A program made the position numbers and the translations under genes. From contig CAWBOS010000012.1 of the NCBI GenBank assembly GCA_963790475.1, positions 1,440,001-1,504,000 of the forward strand: a DNA stretch of 64,000 nt, given 5' to 3'. Of the stretch, positions 41,393 to 50,594 are shown in pieces. How positions within the stretch are numbered: the stretch's first letter is position 1; each line of letters begins with the position of its first letter. The notes under the pieces are model-generated. The model did no database searches. It was given only the letters and a program-made list of their open reading frames with translations, and was not told the DNA's origin. The DNA is from an uncultured delta proteobacterium (GTDB lineage Bacteria; Desulfobacterota; RBG-13-43-22).

Positions 41393-42934
41393 CCCGGATG
41401 TTGCATAAAAAAAGTGCAAATTTTGTAAAGACCGATCAGGCGGCCTTTTTAAAAGCATCCAGATACACAAAAAAGTCTCTTTGGACTGATTCATTTCCAT
41501 TAAGCGTCAGGGTTAGTTGCTTTTGGGGTAACGTTAATCTCCCTGCTCTTTGAATAATCAGATGGCGTAAAGTTTTTAATTCTTCAAAACACCATAGAGG
41601 GGCTCTTTTCTCGGTCGTCCCTCTTTCCCTTGGACGAGCCGCCATTTGTAATTCGCGGGTTAAATTGTGGGCCATGATTGCAGCCATCGTATAAAGCTGG
41701 TTTCCGCCCCAGCGACGAACAGGGATATAATCCATTTGAGCTTGAGATTTCAATTCTCCAAAGAGTCCTTCCTGGTCGGCGCGCCCATTATGGAACATCA
41801 ATACCTTCTTAGCCTTGACCCGCTTGTTGGTTACGATGACTTTAAATTCGTAGCCTTCCTCCCGAGGAACGAATAAGTCCAGTTGAATCGGACCTCGGAA
41901 AGCCAGGGAGACTCGTTGACGGATGCACAGGAAACGAAATCGGTTATCCCATTTCTTGGGTTTCCAAAACGTTTCAAACCAAGACCATCGGTCATCCAGC
42001 CGCTTCCAACGTTTTCGCTCCTGGATCATTTGTTTCCATTCGGCAAAACGTTCAAAAGGCACTGACAGAGTAAACTCAACCCCTTGTTCTTCTAAAAACG
42101 GTACGAGGTTATCGTTAAAAAAGGCGCTGTCCAGTCGGGCTTCTATGATTACGCCGGGAAGGGCTTCCTTCAAGAGGCGTAGGCATTGTTCGATAAATTC
42201 CCGTGCTCCATTAGAGTCGTGGACATTTCCGGAACGAAACAGGGTATCGAAAACCTGCCCGGTTTGGGCAATGGTGCAGAACAAAGGATAATAACTGCGG
42301 GCTCCTTTTTTCTTTTTGTTATACCCCACAGCGGTTCCCTCCGCTCGACGCTGACAGGTCCAAAGAACGGATCCGTCAAAATCCAGTGTCAGACGAAAAG
42401 GAGCCAACTTTTGCAGTCTGGCAATAACCTGGTTCCGGCATAGTTCCCGAACTTTTTCGATGGCCGAAATATCAATCGTTCGCAAAGCGCGAGAAACCGT
42501 TGAGACCTCTGGCAGCCTTTTTAACCCTAATAAACGCTTGATCAAGGGATCATCTTGGTAATAATCCAGATCCCTCAGCTTACGGAAACCCAGTAAAAGG
42601 TGAAAGATCAAAAGAAGCATAATGAGGTGATGACCAAATATCTCGGAAACTTTTAAATGGTCAAAACATTTCTTGAGTTGTGCTTTGAGATTCAGGTTCT
42701 GGAGCAGTGGCTGATAAATAACTAGCCCGGCAAATGAGGTCAATTGTTGATTTTCAAACTTGATGGCTGGAATTTTAAACATTCGACTAAAAATATTCCT
42801 TTTGCTATACTTCACCTTAGGTGGCCTCCTGTATCGGTTCTTTTGAGATGTGCTAATTTCACTTTAGCCAATACTGGAGCCACCTTCAAGCATTTTCATG
42901 GTGTTTTATGCACTTTTATTATGCAACTATGAGG
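41393..42934 (-). mobile_element. IS1380-family insertion sequence
   Basis: Imperfect 26-bp TIRs CC..GTTGCATAA.AAAAGTGCA; 4-bp duplication TAGT (41389-41392, 42935-42938). Confidence 0.9.
41436..42815 (-). CDS. IS1380-family transposase
   Basis: LTSFAGL, TLDFDGS, YYPL, RSGNVH, RLDSAF, HNGRADQEGLFGELK. Confidence 0.92.
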   Translation of the reverse strand: MKYSKRNIFSRMFKIPAIKFENQQLTSFAGLVIYQPLLQNLNLKAQLKKCFDHLKVSEIFGHHLIMLLLIFHLLLGFRKLRDLDYYQDDPLIKRLLGLKRLPEVSTVSRALRTIDISAIEKVRELCRNQVIARLQKLAPFRLTLDFDGSVLWTCQRRAEGTAVGYNKKKKGARSYYPLFCTIAQTGQVFDTLFRSGNVHDSNGAREFIEQCLRLLKEALPGVIIEARLDSAFFNDNLVPFLEEQGVEFTLSVPFERFAEWKQMIQERKRWKRLDDRWSWFETFWKPKKWDNRFRFLCIRQRVSLAFRGPIQLDLFVPREEGYEFKVIVTNKRVKAKKVLMFHNGRADQEGLFGELKSQAQMDYIPVRRWGGNQLYTMAAIMAHNLTRELQMAARPRERGTTEKRAPLWCFEELKTLRHLIIQRAGRLTLPQKQLTLTLNGNESVQRDFFVYLDAFKKAA

Positions 42935-42963
42935 TAGTGTAACAGTAATCCCTTCCCATGGTT

Positions 42964-43068
42964 GTCATTCCGGACTTGATCCGGAATCCAGTCTTTTCAA
43001 CCTGGATTCCTGCTTTCGCGGGACTTGATCCGGAATCCAGTCTTTTCAACCTGGATTCCTGCTTTCGC
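42964..43068 (+). repeat. REP-like palindromic element with internal 49-bp tandem duplication; right arm cut by IS110
   Basis: GTCATTCCGGACTTGATCCGGAATCCAG..CTGGATTCCTGCTTTCGC; 42972-43020 is identical to 43021-43069. Confidence 0.85.
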
Positions 43069-43159
43069 GAGACCTTATGATTGAAAAAGAAAGGCAAGTC
43101 TCGAGTTTTCGGATATAGTCTTTTGTAGCAGCAAAAAACAAACCGAAAGGAGACTTGCC

Positions 43160-44090
43160 ATGGAACATGTTAACAAATTGGATTTTTCGGGTCAATCGAT
43201 TTACGTAGGACTGGATGTCCATAAGAAGAGTTGGACCGTGAGTATTTTTTCGGAACAATGTGAGCATAAGACTTTTACCCAACCTCCGAAAACAGAAAAA
43301 CTGGTCCATTATCTTAAACGCAATTTTCCCGGAGCGGCCTATCAGGCGGTGTATGAGGCCGGCTTCAGCGGCTTTTGGACTCATGATCAGCTTCGGGAGC
43401 AAGGAGTCCATTGTATTGTGGCCAATCCGGCCGATGTTCCGACGACGAATAAAGAACGAACCGGCAAACGGGATCCCAGCGATTCCCGGAAGCTGGCCAG
43501 GAGCCTCCGGAACAGGGAATTGAAGGGGATATACGTACCGGTCCGTTCGAAACGGGAGGATCGCAGCCTGGTTCGAACCCGTCCGAGCATGGTGAGAAAG
43601 CAAACCCGGTGTAAAAATCAAATTAAGGCGCTCCTTTACTTTTATGGGATTAATCTGCCCGAAGAGGTTGTTCCATTATTTTGCTGTCCCGGGAAGCAGA
43701 ATATCGCGAAAGGGTCCGGTTGTTAAAAACGGTCCCATCAGTACCCTGACGGCCATGATTTTCTTGACCGAGCTTGGTGAGTTGGCCCGATTTGCCTCTT
43801 TGGACAAGCTGGCCAGTTATGTCGGACTAATCCCCGATGTCGAATCCACTGGGGAGACCGAACATATAAAAAACTTAACCCATCGGCGAAACCCCCAGTT
43901 AAGGGCTTTGCTCATCGAAGCCGCTTGGGTGGCTGCCCGGAAGGATCCGGTCCTGCTCCTGGCCTTTAATGAATATTGCCAACGGATGAAGAAAACCAGG
44001 GCCATTATTAAAATTGCTCGGAAACTGCTCAACCGCATTCGTTATGTATTAAAGAACCAGGTAGAATATGTTCCTGGGGTAGTTCAATAA
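43160..44090 (+). pseudogene. IS110 recombinase with internal deletion and frameshifts
   Basis: YVGLDVHK, YEAG, KRDPSD in 43160-43726; SYVGLIP..STG, LIEAAW, IARKL in 43644-44090; middle helical part shortened. Confidence 0.88.
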
Positions 44091-44500
44091 TAACTTGAAG
44101 AGGTGCTTCCAATCCGATAAATCGGCTCGTGGGCGTAAACGGTCCGTCATTCCTGCAGCTCATCGGTAGAGGGTGTCTGCTCTTCGCGAGACTCCGTGCC
44201 CACGATTTTAATATAATCAAGATGATGCAGCTATCTGATCCAGATATGTCTGCTGATAGAAGGTTGATTTTAAAGATTGGTTCAGCCCTTAAGTTTGGTT
44301 TCAATTGCTCGACGGATCGGCTTCCGGGCTAATCTCCTGCGGTTAAAAGAGAATAGCCCCAATTGGCCTCTTCATGGATGGCTGCCTGTTTCTATCGCAG
44401 GTAGTTCAGCCTCCTCAGGAGATCATACCGGTAGCCATCCATGAAGAGGTTTATCTTAAAAACCTTAAAAACCATTTAAAAGTCATTCTCTAATAAAAAA
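44091..44500 (+). ncRNA. Putative bridge/seek RNA region of the defective IS1111-group element
   Basis: Stem TCGTGGGC/GCCCACGA encloses target-matching segments; second long hairpin CCTCTTCATGGATGGCT..AGCCATCCATGAAGAGG; boundaries approximate. Confidence 0.55.
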
Positions 44501-44559
44501 GACTTGCTTTTCAACATAGAAGGAAGGATGTGCTGAAATTATCGATTACGGTTTGTAGG

Positions 44560-44661
44560 TTATTACGCTAAGGATCAGCTGCAAAAAAAGCCAGCCAAGA
44601 CACTTCAATTGCAACAAAATCGCACTGGCTTTTTGTGTCAGGCTGAATCCTGTTGTTGGCC
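44560..44661 (-). other. attC-like integron cassette recombination site (degenerate R')
   Basis: Minus strand GGCCAAC-AAC-AGGATTCAGCCTGAC..AAAAAGCCAG / CTGGCTTTTT..GCAGCTGATCCT-TAGC-GTAATAA; long imperfect palindrome with unpaired bases on one arm. Confidence 0.6.
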
Positions 44662-44703
44662 TGCCTTTCCATTTCGACAGCTGCTGGTTGCCCAAATTCG
44701 CTT

Positions 44704-45050
44704 TCACTCTGGCGACGTTCTCCTCGATGACGTAAAATTTGCCCTGGGCTTGCTCCCCAGATACTTGCGAGCGGGTGACTCAACGTAATGTTCGAGCAGA
44801 ACGGCCAAGGCGAAGCTCGCAGGGATCACGACGAACGTTCCCCAGGCTGGCATCGGCGTGGGCAACCCCTTGATCCAGAGCTGATTGGGATGGGCGATCC
44901 AGGCCACATACTGGATGATGGGTTCATGCACTAGGTACAACGACATGGAAATCCTGCCGAGAAACAACATGGGTGGCCAATTCAGCAAGCGGCCAGTGAC
45001 GGACACCGCACCCTGTTCGGCCATCGACAGGCCAACGATAATCTGAAGCA
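44704..45050 (-). pseudogene. Acyltransferase-3 family C-terminal fragment
   Basis: LGRISMSLYLVHEPI and HYVESPARK motifs; no own N-terminus. Confidence 0.75.
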
Positions 45051-45434
45051 GCGCTGAATGCCGGCGGAGGTCGTGGGGCCCGATGGATATTTTGAGTTGG
45101 GCACCAAGATTTTTTATCATCGATCTGGCCGTTGAATAGGAAACCGGGAAAAGACGAGATCATCCGGTCCCAGGTTCTGGGCTCGGATATATTCCTCCAA
45201 TCGTTTGGCGATAGGTTCCGGCATATAAGCGACTTCGGCTTCCTTTCCGGACTTCGGCTCCCGAAGGACTATTTTTATTTCCGAAATATCCGACACCTTG
45301 ATCTTTAAGGACTCTCCAATACGCAGCCCACAACGGGCCTGGAGTTCGAGGATCAATCGATCCCGGAGGTTTTTGGTTTTGTAGATGATCTCGTCTATCG
45401 CCTCTTTATCGGGGACTTTCCTGGGGCTCTGCAC
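45051..45434 (-). pseudogene. Tyrosine recombinase (XerC/D-like) internal fragment
   Basis: RDRLILEL..CGLRIGE, KSGKE and, after a frameshift, PHDLRRHSA; lacks N-terminus and the catalytic Tyr region. Confidence 0.8.
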
Positions 45435-45648
45435 GAGCGCAGGCCAGTGGATCGCAGCTTTCTATCTTTAGTACTCCATTCGGGGCTGGGTAAGGTGTCG
45501 CTGTAACTTTTTTAATCTTTGGCCTGTTGAATCAATATCCAAGAAAATCCGTTTGATTGTTTCCTCTGGCCCCAGCCTTCTGCCTTGGCAACTTAGACTA
45601 TATAGGAAAAAGCAGTTTGTTTTTAATGATAGATTTGGATTGTCACAC

Positions 45649-46830
45649 CTACCCGGATTGAAAAGCCCTCATCACCCTTATCATCAGTATAAACGGCTTA
45701 ATTTTTGAATCTACCTGATTGATAGACCCTGCCAGGTACAGATTCTTTTCTTTGGAATAATAAAGAAATGAGCCGGTAGAACCCGAATGACCCCATAAAG
45801 GCGATACCTTCAATACCTTAGAAATGAATGGAGGGAATTGGAAGTACATCGTTCCGAACCCATATTGAAGCGGAAATTCCAATTTATGCCAGTTATGCAT
45901 CAATTTCAGGGTGTCTTCACTGACAATTCGACCTTCCTTTAGGGCTTTCAGGAATATGATCATTTCTTCTGATGTGGAAACAATGCCTCCATCAGCCCAG
46001 TAGGACCCATTCGAACGGGTTTTGGTAATGTTCACATCCTTATAAAATATATCCGCCGTAACGCCGGTTGGCGGGAGCTGAGGTTTAGAACGGCCGATCA
46101 ACCAAGTATGTTTGAGTCCCAGAGGACGAAAAAGAAGATCCTCGTAAACGATGTGAAGCGGCTTCCCGGTTATGGCCTCGATGACCTTTCCCAACAACTG
46201 AAAATTGGTATCTGAATAGGATGCATCCGTACCGGGCGCAAAATTGGGTTTCAGATCCTTTCGGACCCTATCAATCGTCTCATCCACCGTCCAAGATCGT
46301 CCCGGTTCTTCCAGGAACATTTCAAAAAGGCTTTTTCCTCCTTTTGGTTTCTCAGAATAGTAATCTGCGATCCCGGAAGTATGCGACAACAATTGTTTTA
46401 TAGTTATTCCATGGGAATAATCCTTACCTCTATAGACGTGGATCCCTCGAGTAAGCCCTTCGGGAAGGTATTTCGACATTGGATCATCTAAAGAGAGAGC
46501 TCCCTTTTCATACAATCGCATGATGGCCGTGGCGGTATATAGTTTGGTAATGCTGGCGATATAGATAGGAGTATCTTTAGTCATAGGGACCTGACCGGCT
46601 TGGCTGGCAATCCCCGCAGCCCCCGACCAGGAGAAGGTGCCATCCCCCTTCGCCACGGACAGAACACAATTCCTCACCCCTTTATCTTTCTTTACTAAAT
46701 CTGAAACCAAATATTGCATTTTCTGATTGAAATCATTAAATGGTGGAATTGAAAATCTTAATTTAATTATAAACAATCCCCCTGCCATAATAATCACAAT
46801 TATGGCGAATATAATTATGATCCGTTTCAT
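45649..46830 (-). CDS. Serine hydrolase, beta-lactamase/D-Ala-D-Ala carboxypeptidase family
   Basis: IASITK (SxxK), LLSHTSG, YSDTNF, WGHSG; N-terminal anchor. Confidence 0.9.
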   Translation of the reverse strand: MKRIIIIFAIIVIIMAGGLFIIKLRFSIPPFNDFNQKMQYLVSDLVKKDKGVRNCVLSVAKGDGTFSWSGAAGIASQAGQVPMTKDTPIYIASITKLYTATAIMRLYEKGALSLDDPMSKYLPEGLTRGIHVYRGKDYSHGITIKQLLSHTSGIADYYSEKPKGGKSLFEMFLEEPGRSWTVDETIDRVRKDLKPNFAPGTDASYSDTNFQLLGKVIEAITGKPLHIVYEDLLFRPLGLKHTWLIGRSKPQLPPTGVTADIFYKDVNITKTRSNGSYWADGGIVSTSEEMIIFLKALKEGRIVSEDTLKLMHNWHKLEFPLQYGFGTMYFQFPPFISKVLKVSPLWGHSGSTGSFLYYSKEKNLYLAGSINQVDSKIKPFILMIRVMRAFQSG

Positions 46831-46874
46831 CGGTATGGTTCTCCTCTGATAGCATTCTAATCACCGAAAATTAC

Positions 46875-46940
46875 TTCCAACGTCTTGAATAGGAGCAGTT
46901 AATTGTTCCATTTCTTCTTTGGGTTCCATAAAGGTTAGGC
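46875..46940 (-). other. Possible decayed attC site
   Basis: GCCTAAC 5 nt after the stop of the upstream gene and GTTGGAA closing a 66-nt span; internal pairing poor. Confidence 0.3.
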
Positions 46941-46945
46941 CTTGA

Positions 46946-47434
46946 TCAGTCTTCGTCTCGTCGCCCTACCCGTGGCACCCACTTGCCGGTTCTCCTCTTA
47001 TATTCCCTGTATACTTCTCCAAATCTCGCTTTCAATAGTTTTTCTTCGTAACTGGCGATGTAGTTGTAAAAGACAAAGATAGGAATCAATAATGCAAAGG
47101 ATAAAAGAAACAGAGAAGAAAGCGTTGTCCCAAGATAAGCCAGGAGAGCTGCCAGATATATGGGATGGCGCACGTAGGAAAAAGCACCGGTATCGACCAC
47201 GTGGTTGGGTCGTTCCTTTCCGCTGATGACTCTGTGCCCTTTCCATAAAAGGGTTAGAGTGATCAAGAGGGCCAAACCCAACATTGTCATGCGCACAGAT
47301 TCAGGAACCCAATTTTTTAAGAATGTCGTCCAGTATAGAAAAAATGAATCCCCCACCCATACGATAAGGAACAAAGCGGCGGAAATCAACTGTCCACAAT
47401 CCCCAAATGGATGTTCTCCTTTTTTCTCTTTCAT
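46946..47434 (-). CDS. Isoprenylcysteine carboxylmethyltransferase (ICMT/PEMT) family membrane protein
   Basis: TGAFSYVRHPIY, EEKLL..FGEVY.EYK. Confidence 0.9.
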   Translation of the reverse strand: MKEKKGEHPFGDCGQLISAALFLIVWVGDSFFLYWTTFLKNWVPESVRMTMLGLALLITLTLLWKGHRVISGKERPNHVVDTGAFSYVRHPIYLAALLAYLGTTLSSLFLLSFALLIPIFVFYNYIASYEEKLLKARFGEVYREYKRRTGKWVPRVGRRDED

Positions 47435-47452
47435 GATTGCCTCTCACCAAAG

Positions 47453-47543
47453 GCCCAACGAAAAGTTTAACCAGGGGTGGTGGAGACGGTAGAACTGGAT
47501 AGAAAAAAGCTAAACCTGCCCCTGGTTAGATCATTTATTACAA
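47453..47543 (-). other. attC-like site directly upstream of the ICMT gene
   Basis: Palindrome TAACCAGGGG..CCCCTGGTTA ending in GTTGGGC (GTTRRRY) 18 nt before the ATG. Confidence 0.5.
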
Positions 47544-47985
47544 ATACCTCATTGTTTCAGTTTTACCCTTGATACAAAGATCAAGAAAATAATTTATTTT
47601 TCCACCTTGTTTTTTTTAACCATTTTTCTCAAAACAAAAAAACCCCACCTCTCGAATGAGAAACAGGTTTCCTAAATTCCTCCATTGACTTGCCTCCTTT
47701 TGGGTTAAGTGGCGAAACTGGAAGAAGGGTTAACTTGCTTATCCGGCCATTGAATAAAATGGATTATACACGATCTTAGGAAATAGCAAATAGGAGGTTT
47801 TTTATCAGGCTGGAACCTTAAATTTGGAGGGGGGCCTTAAACTATTATGGTTTGTACTCTTCTGATTTTTCACAAATGGAACTTACAACCTTTCACGAAG
47901 AACTCACCACCAAACCAGACAATGTCTGCATGGTCAAATTATGATTTTCATAGCTGATTTGTGGGTGTTTCCTTATTCTTCCGGT

Positions 47986-48768
47986 TTATTCACCCCTGGA
48001 AACAGCAACCAGTACCAGGGTTTGATGGGTGAACAGGATCTTTCCTTCTTTGTTTCTTACGCGCAGGCCTGTTCTATCCTGTTTCAACGCCTCTTCGAAC
48101 CTCCGACGGATTTCCGCCTCTATTTCCGGTGCTGGTCCGCCGTGAAGGATCCAGCCATCCAAGTCATAGTGTACCCGCCCGGCAAGCTCGTTTGCTATTT
48201 CCAATCTGTTGGCACGGAATAGTTCCCGGAACTCGGTCGCCTTGAGGGCTCTCACATGGGTGGGATCGCAAAGGCGTTCGATTTCATTGTGCACGCCGGC
48301 CTCTAATCGATCCTCGGAGGTCACGATATCGGCGGTCAGTATTTTCCCGCCAGGCTTTACGACCCGGTACATTTCCGCCAGCACCCGACCAGGTTCCGGA
48401 AAATGGTGGAATGCGGCCCGGCAAGCGACGATATCGAAGGTCGCCGGGGCAAAGGGAAGGGCGGTAGCCGCGCCTTTCTCGAAACGGACATTGTCCATCC
48501 CTCGTCTTCCCGCCTCAGCCCTGGCCATCGACAGCATGGCATCCGTGGCGTCCAGACCCACGGCGGTGGCGCATCGTCGGGCAAAGGCCATCGTCAGAAA
48601 TCCCGGGCCGCAGGCGACGTCCAAAACGCGTCCCTCCGGTTCCGGCCGACACATTTCGACCATCATGGTATGGGAGGCCTCGTCTCTGGCCTGAGCTGTA
48701 GCGGCATAAGCGTCGGCTTGCCGGGTGAACTGGGTACGGATGTCATCGATGTTGTCTTTGCTCATCAT
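47986..48768 (-). CDS. Class I SAM-dependent methyltransferase
   Basis: VLDVACGPG, LPFAPATFD, AFHHFPEP, RVVKPGG. Confidence 0.92.
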   Translation of the reverse strand: MMSKDNIDDIRTQFTRQADAYAATAQARDEASHTMMVEMCRPEPEGRVLDVACGPGFLTMAFARRCATAVGLDATDAMLSMARAEAGRRGMDNVRFEKGAATALPFAPATFDIVACRAAFHHFPEPGRVLAEMYRVVKPGGKILTADIVTSEDRLEAGVHNEIERLCDPTHVRALKATEFRELFRANRLEIANELAGRVHYDLDGWILHGGPAPEIEAEIRRRFEEALKQDRTGLRVRNKEGKILFTHQTLVLVAVSRGE

Positions 48769-48867
48769 TAACCTCTATGATACTTTCTAACCCGGACAAG
48801 CCGGAACCATATTTGAAATATTGTAACATTTGGTGGATTCGTAAAAAGTCACCGAAAGCCTATTTTC

Positions 48868-48920
48868 GTCATTCCCTTGAAAAAGGGAATCCAGTGTTTT
48901 TAATAAGTTGAGAATAGCCT
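48868..48920 (+). repeat. Left part of a REP-like element interrupted by IS110
   Basis: GTCATTCCCTTGAAAAAGGGAATCCAG..AGCCT; continues at 50453. Confidence 0.8.
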
Positions 48921-49021
48921 AGACATAATGGCTGACAATTAAAAAAGCGACCTGCCCCTTATCGTCGTGGGTTATATTAGGGAGTGATCCCAATACAGAG
49001 CCAAGAATAAGGAGGCAGGTC

Positions 49022-50134
49022 ATGAAACATTTTATCACAGTTGTCGGTATGGATGTACACAAAGATTCCATAGAGATTGTAATCGCCGAAACCACGGGAA
49101 CTGAAGAAGTTCGGCATTACGGAAAAATTAACGGCGACATGGCCTCATTGGACAAAGCAGTCAGAAAACTCAAAAGCACCAGTAGGGAACTGCACTTTGT
49201 CTATGAAGCTGGGCCATGCGGCTATGAGATTTACCGTCACCTATCCTCGCAGGGGTTTACTTGTGTGGTCGTTGCCCCCTCGAAGACTCCCAGACGGAGC
49301 GGCGACCGAGTCAAGAACGACCATCGCGATGCCCAGACACTGGCCCGGCTTTATCGGGCCGGGGAGTTAACCCCGGTCTATGTCCCTCGACCGGACGACG
49401 AAGCCATGAGAGATTTGACCCGCGCCCGGGAAGATGCGGTCAAGGCCTTGCGCACTGCTCGTCAACACTTAGGGGCTTTTCTGCTTCGGTATGGCCATAG
49501 GTACCCCGGTAAAACATCCTGGACGCCTGCTCATAGGCGTTGGCTATCGGACGTCACCATGCCCCACCCCGCCCAGCAGATTACCCTTCAGGAATATATC
49601 CACACGGTAAACGAGGGCACCCTGCGAGTCGGTCGTTTAGTTGACCAGAGTCTGAAGCTGTTGCCCCAATGGAGCCTGGCCCCAGTGGTTGAAGCCCTCC
49701 AGGCCCTCAGAGGGGTGGCTCCTACTGTGGCTATAACCACCGTCTCTGAGATCGGCGATATCACTCGTTTTGAGAACCCCCGGCAGTTCATGGCCTATCT
49801 GGGTCTGGTTCCCTCGGAACACTCCAGCGGCCAGTCCGTCAAACGGGGCAGCATCACCAAAACCGGCAATGGCCACGTAAGGCGCGTTCTCGTTGAAGCG
49901 GCGCATGCTTATAGCTATCCGGCCCGGATAAGCAGGTTTCTGCTCAAACGACAACAGGGACTGCCGCAGCCCATCCGGGAGATCGCCTGGAAGGCCCAGG
50001 TTAGACTCTGCGGCCGGTTCCGTAGGCTTATGGCCCAAGGAAAAATGAAAACCAAAGTGGTAACCGCCATCGCCCGCGAGCTCTCCGGCTTCATATGGGC
50101 GATTGCCAGGGAAGTTCAGTTGCGAAACGTGTAG
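49022..50134 (+). CDS. IS110-family DEDD recombinase/transposase
   Basis: VGMDVHKD, YEAGPCG, KNDHRDA, YLGLVPSEHSSG, ITKTGN, AIAREL; AAGGAGG RBS. Confidence 0.95.
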   Translation: MKHFITVVGMDVHKDSIEIVIAETTGTEEVRHYGKINGDMASLDKAVRKLKSTSRELHFVYEAGPCGYEIYRHLSSQGFTCVVVAPSKTPRRSGDRVKNDHRDAQTLARLYRAGELTPVYVPRPDDEAMRDLTRAREDAVKALRTARQHLGAFLLRYGHRYPGKTSWTPAHRRWLSDVTMPHPAQQITLQEYIHTVNEGTLRVGRLVDQSLKLLPQWSLAPVVEALQALRGVAPTVAITTVSEIGDITRFENPRQFMAYLGLVPSEHSSGQSVKRGSITKTGNGHVRRVLVEAAHAYSYPARISRFLLKRQQGLPQPIREIAWKAQVRLCGRFRRLMAQGKMKTKVVTAIARELSGFIWAIAREVQLRNV

Positions 50135-50190
50135 CCTAGGTCAAAAAACAAACCTTCTTAAAGGAGTATAGAGACCACCCATTATATCCT

Positions 50191-50383
50191 ATCCAGGGGA
50201 CCAGCAGAGACGCGACCCCGTTGGGAGAATCCTCGAGGAATCCAAGGAATAAGGTCATCCGAATTTCCGATCCTAGAGCGAGGCAGCTCCTGTGACGAAG
50301 TCAAGTCAGGCGTTCAAAATACGCGAATATCAGAATGATCAAACGTCGCTAAATCGGTCCCGTCTCTGCTTGTGCCCTGGATT
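50191..50383 (+). ncRNA. Putative bridge/seek RNA of the intact IS1111-group element
   Basis: Closing stem ATCCAGGGGACCAGCAGAGACGCGACC / GGTCCCGTCTCTGCTTGTGCCCTGGAT; contains GGAATCCA (target match) and ATATCAGA (circle-junction match). Confidence 0.65.
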
Positions 50384-50452
50384 AAACTGACAGTCTAACC
50401 CTCTACTAGGGCCAGGAAAAATCTTTTCCTCTTGACAACTGTCAGCCATATC

Positions 50453-50477
50453 GGATTCCCGCCTCCGCGGGAATGAC
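50453..50477 (+). repeat. Right part of the REP-like element
   Basis: GGATTCCCGCCTCCGCGGGAATGAC. Confidence 0.8.
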
Positions 50478-50594
50478 GACGAAATATTCTATCCAATTTG
50501 AGTAGAATTCTATTCCTAAGTTACTAAGACTTTATTGGTTTCTAAATCTGGGGAAATCATACTTGTTTGATTTCCCCCCAGGCCTTGTCTGATC

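Larger units (their letters stand above)
43069..44520 (+). mobile_element. IS110-family (IS1111-group) element, defective
   Basis: Sub-terminal IRs ATGATTGAAAA / TTTTCAACAT, no TSD; removal restores hairpin TTCCTGC-TTTC-GC|AGGAA; long 3' non-coding region. Confidence 0.8.
48921..50452 (+). mobile_element. IS110-family (IS1111-group) element, apparently intact
   Basis: Sub-terminal IR ATGGCTGACA 7 nt from the left end and TGTCAGCCAT 3 nt from the right end; no TSD; removal restores REP CCT|GGATTCCC. Confidence 0.9.

Noticed and set aside
45051-45434. Integron integrase IntI for the nearby attC-like sites
   Set aside because: The fragment lacks the IntI-specific insertion and the catalytic Tyr region, and lies within the array on the same strand.
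45649-46830. Bona fide antibiotic-resistance beta-lactamase
   Set aside because: Motifs only place it in the broad serine hydrolase family; class-specific signatures are not evident.
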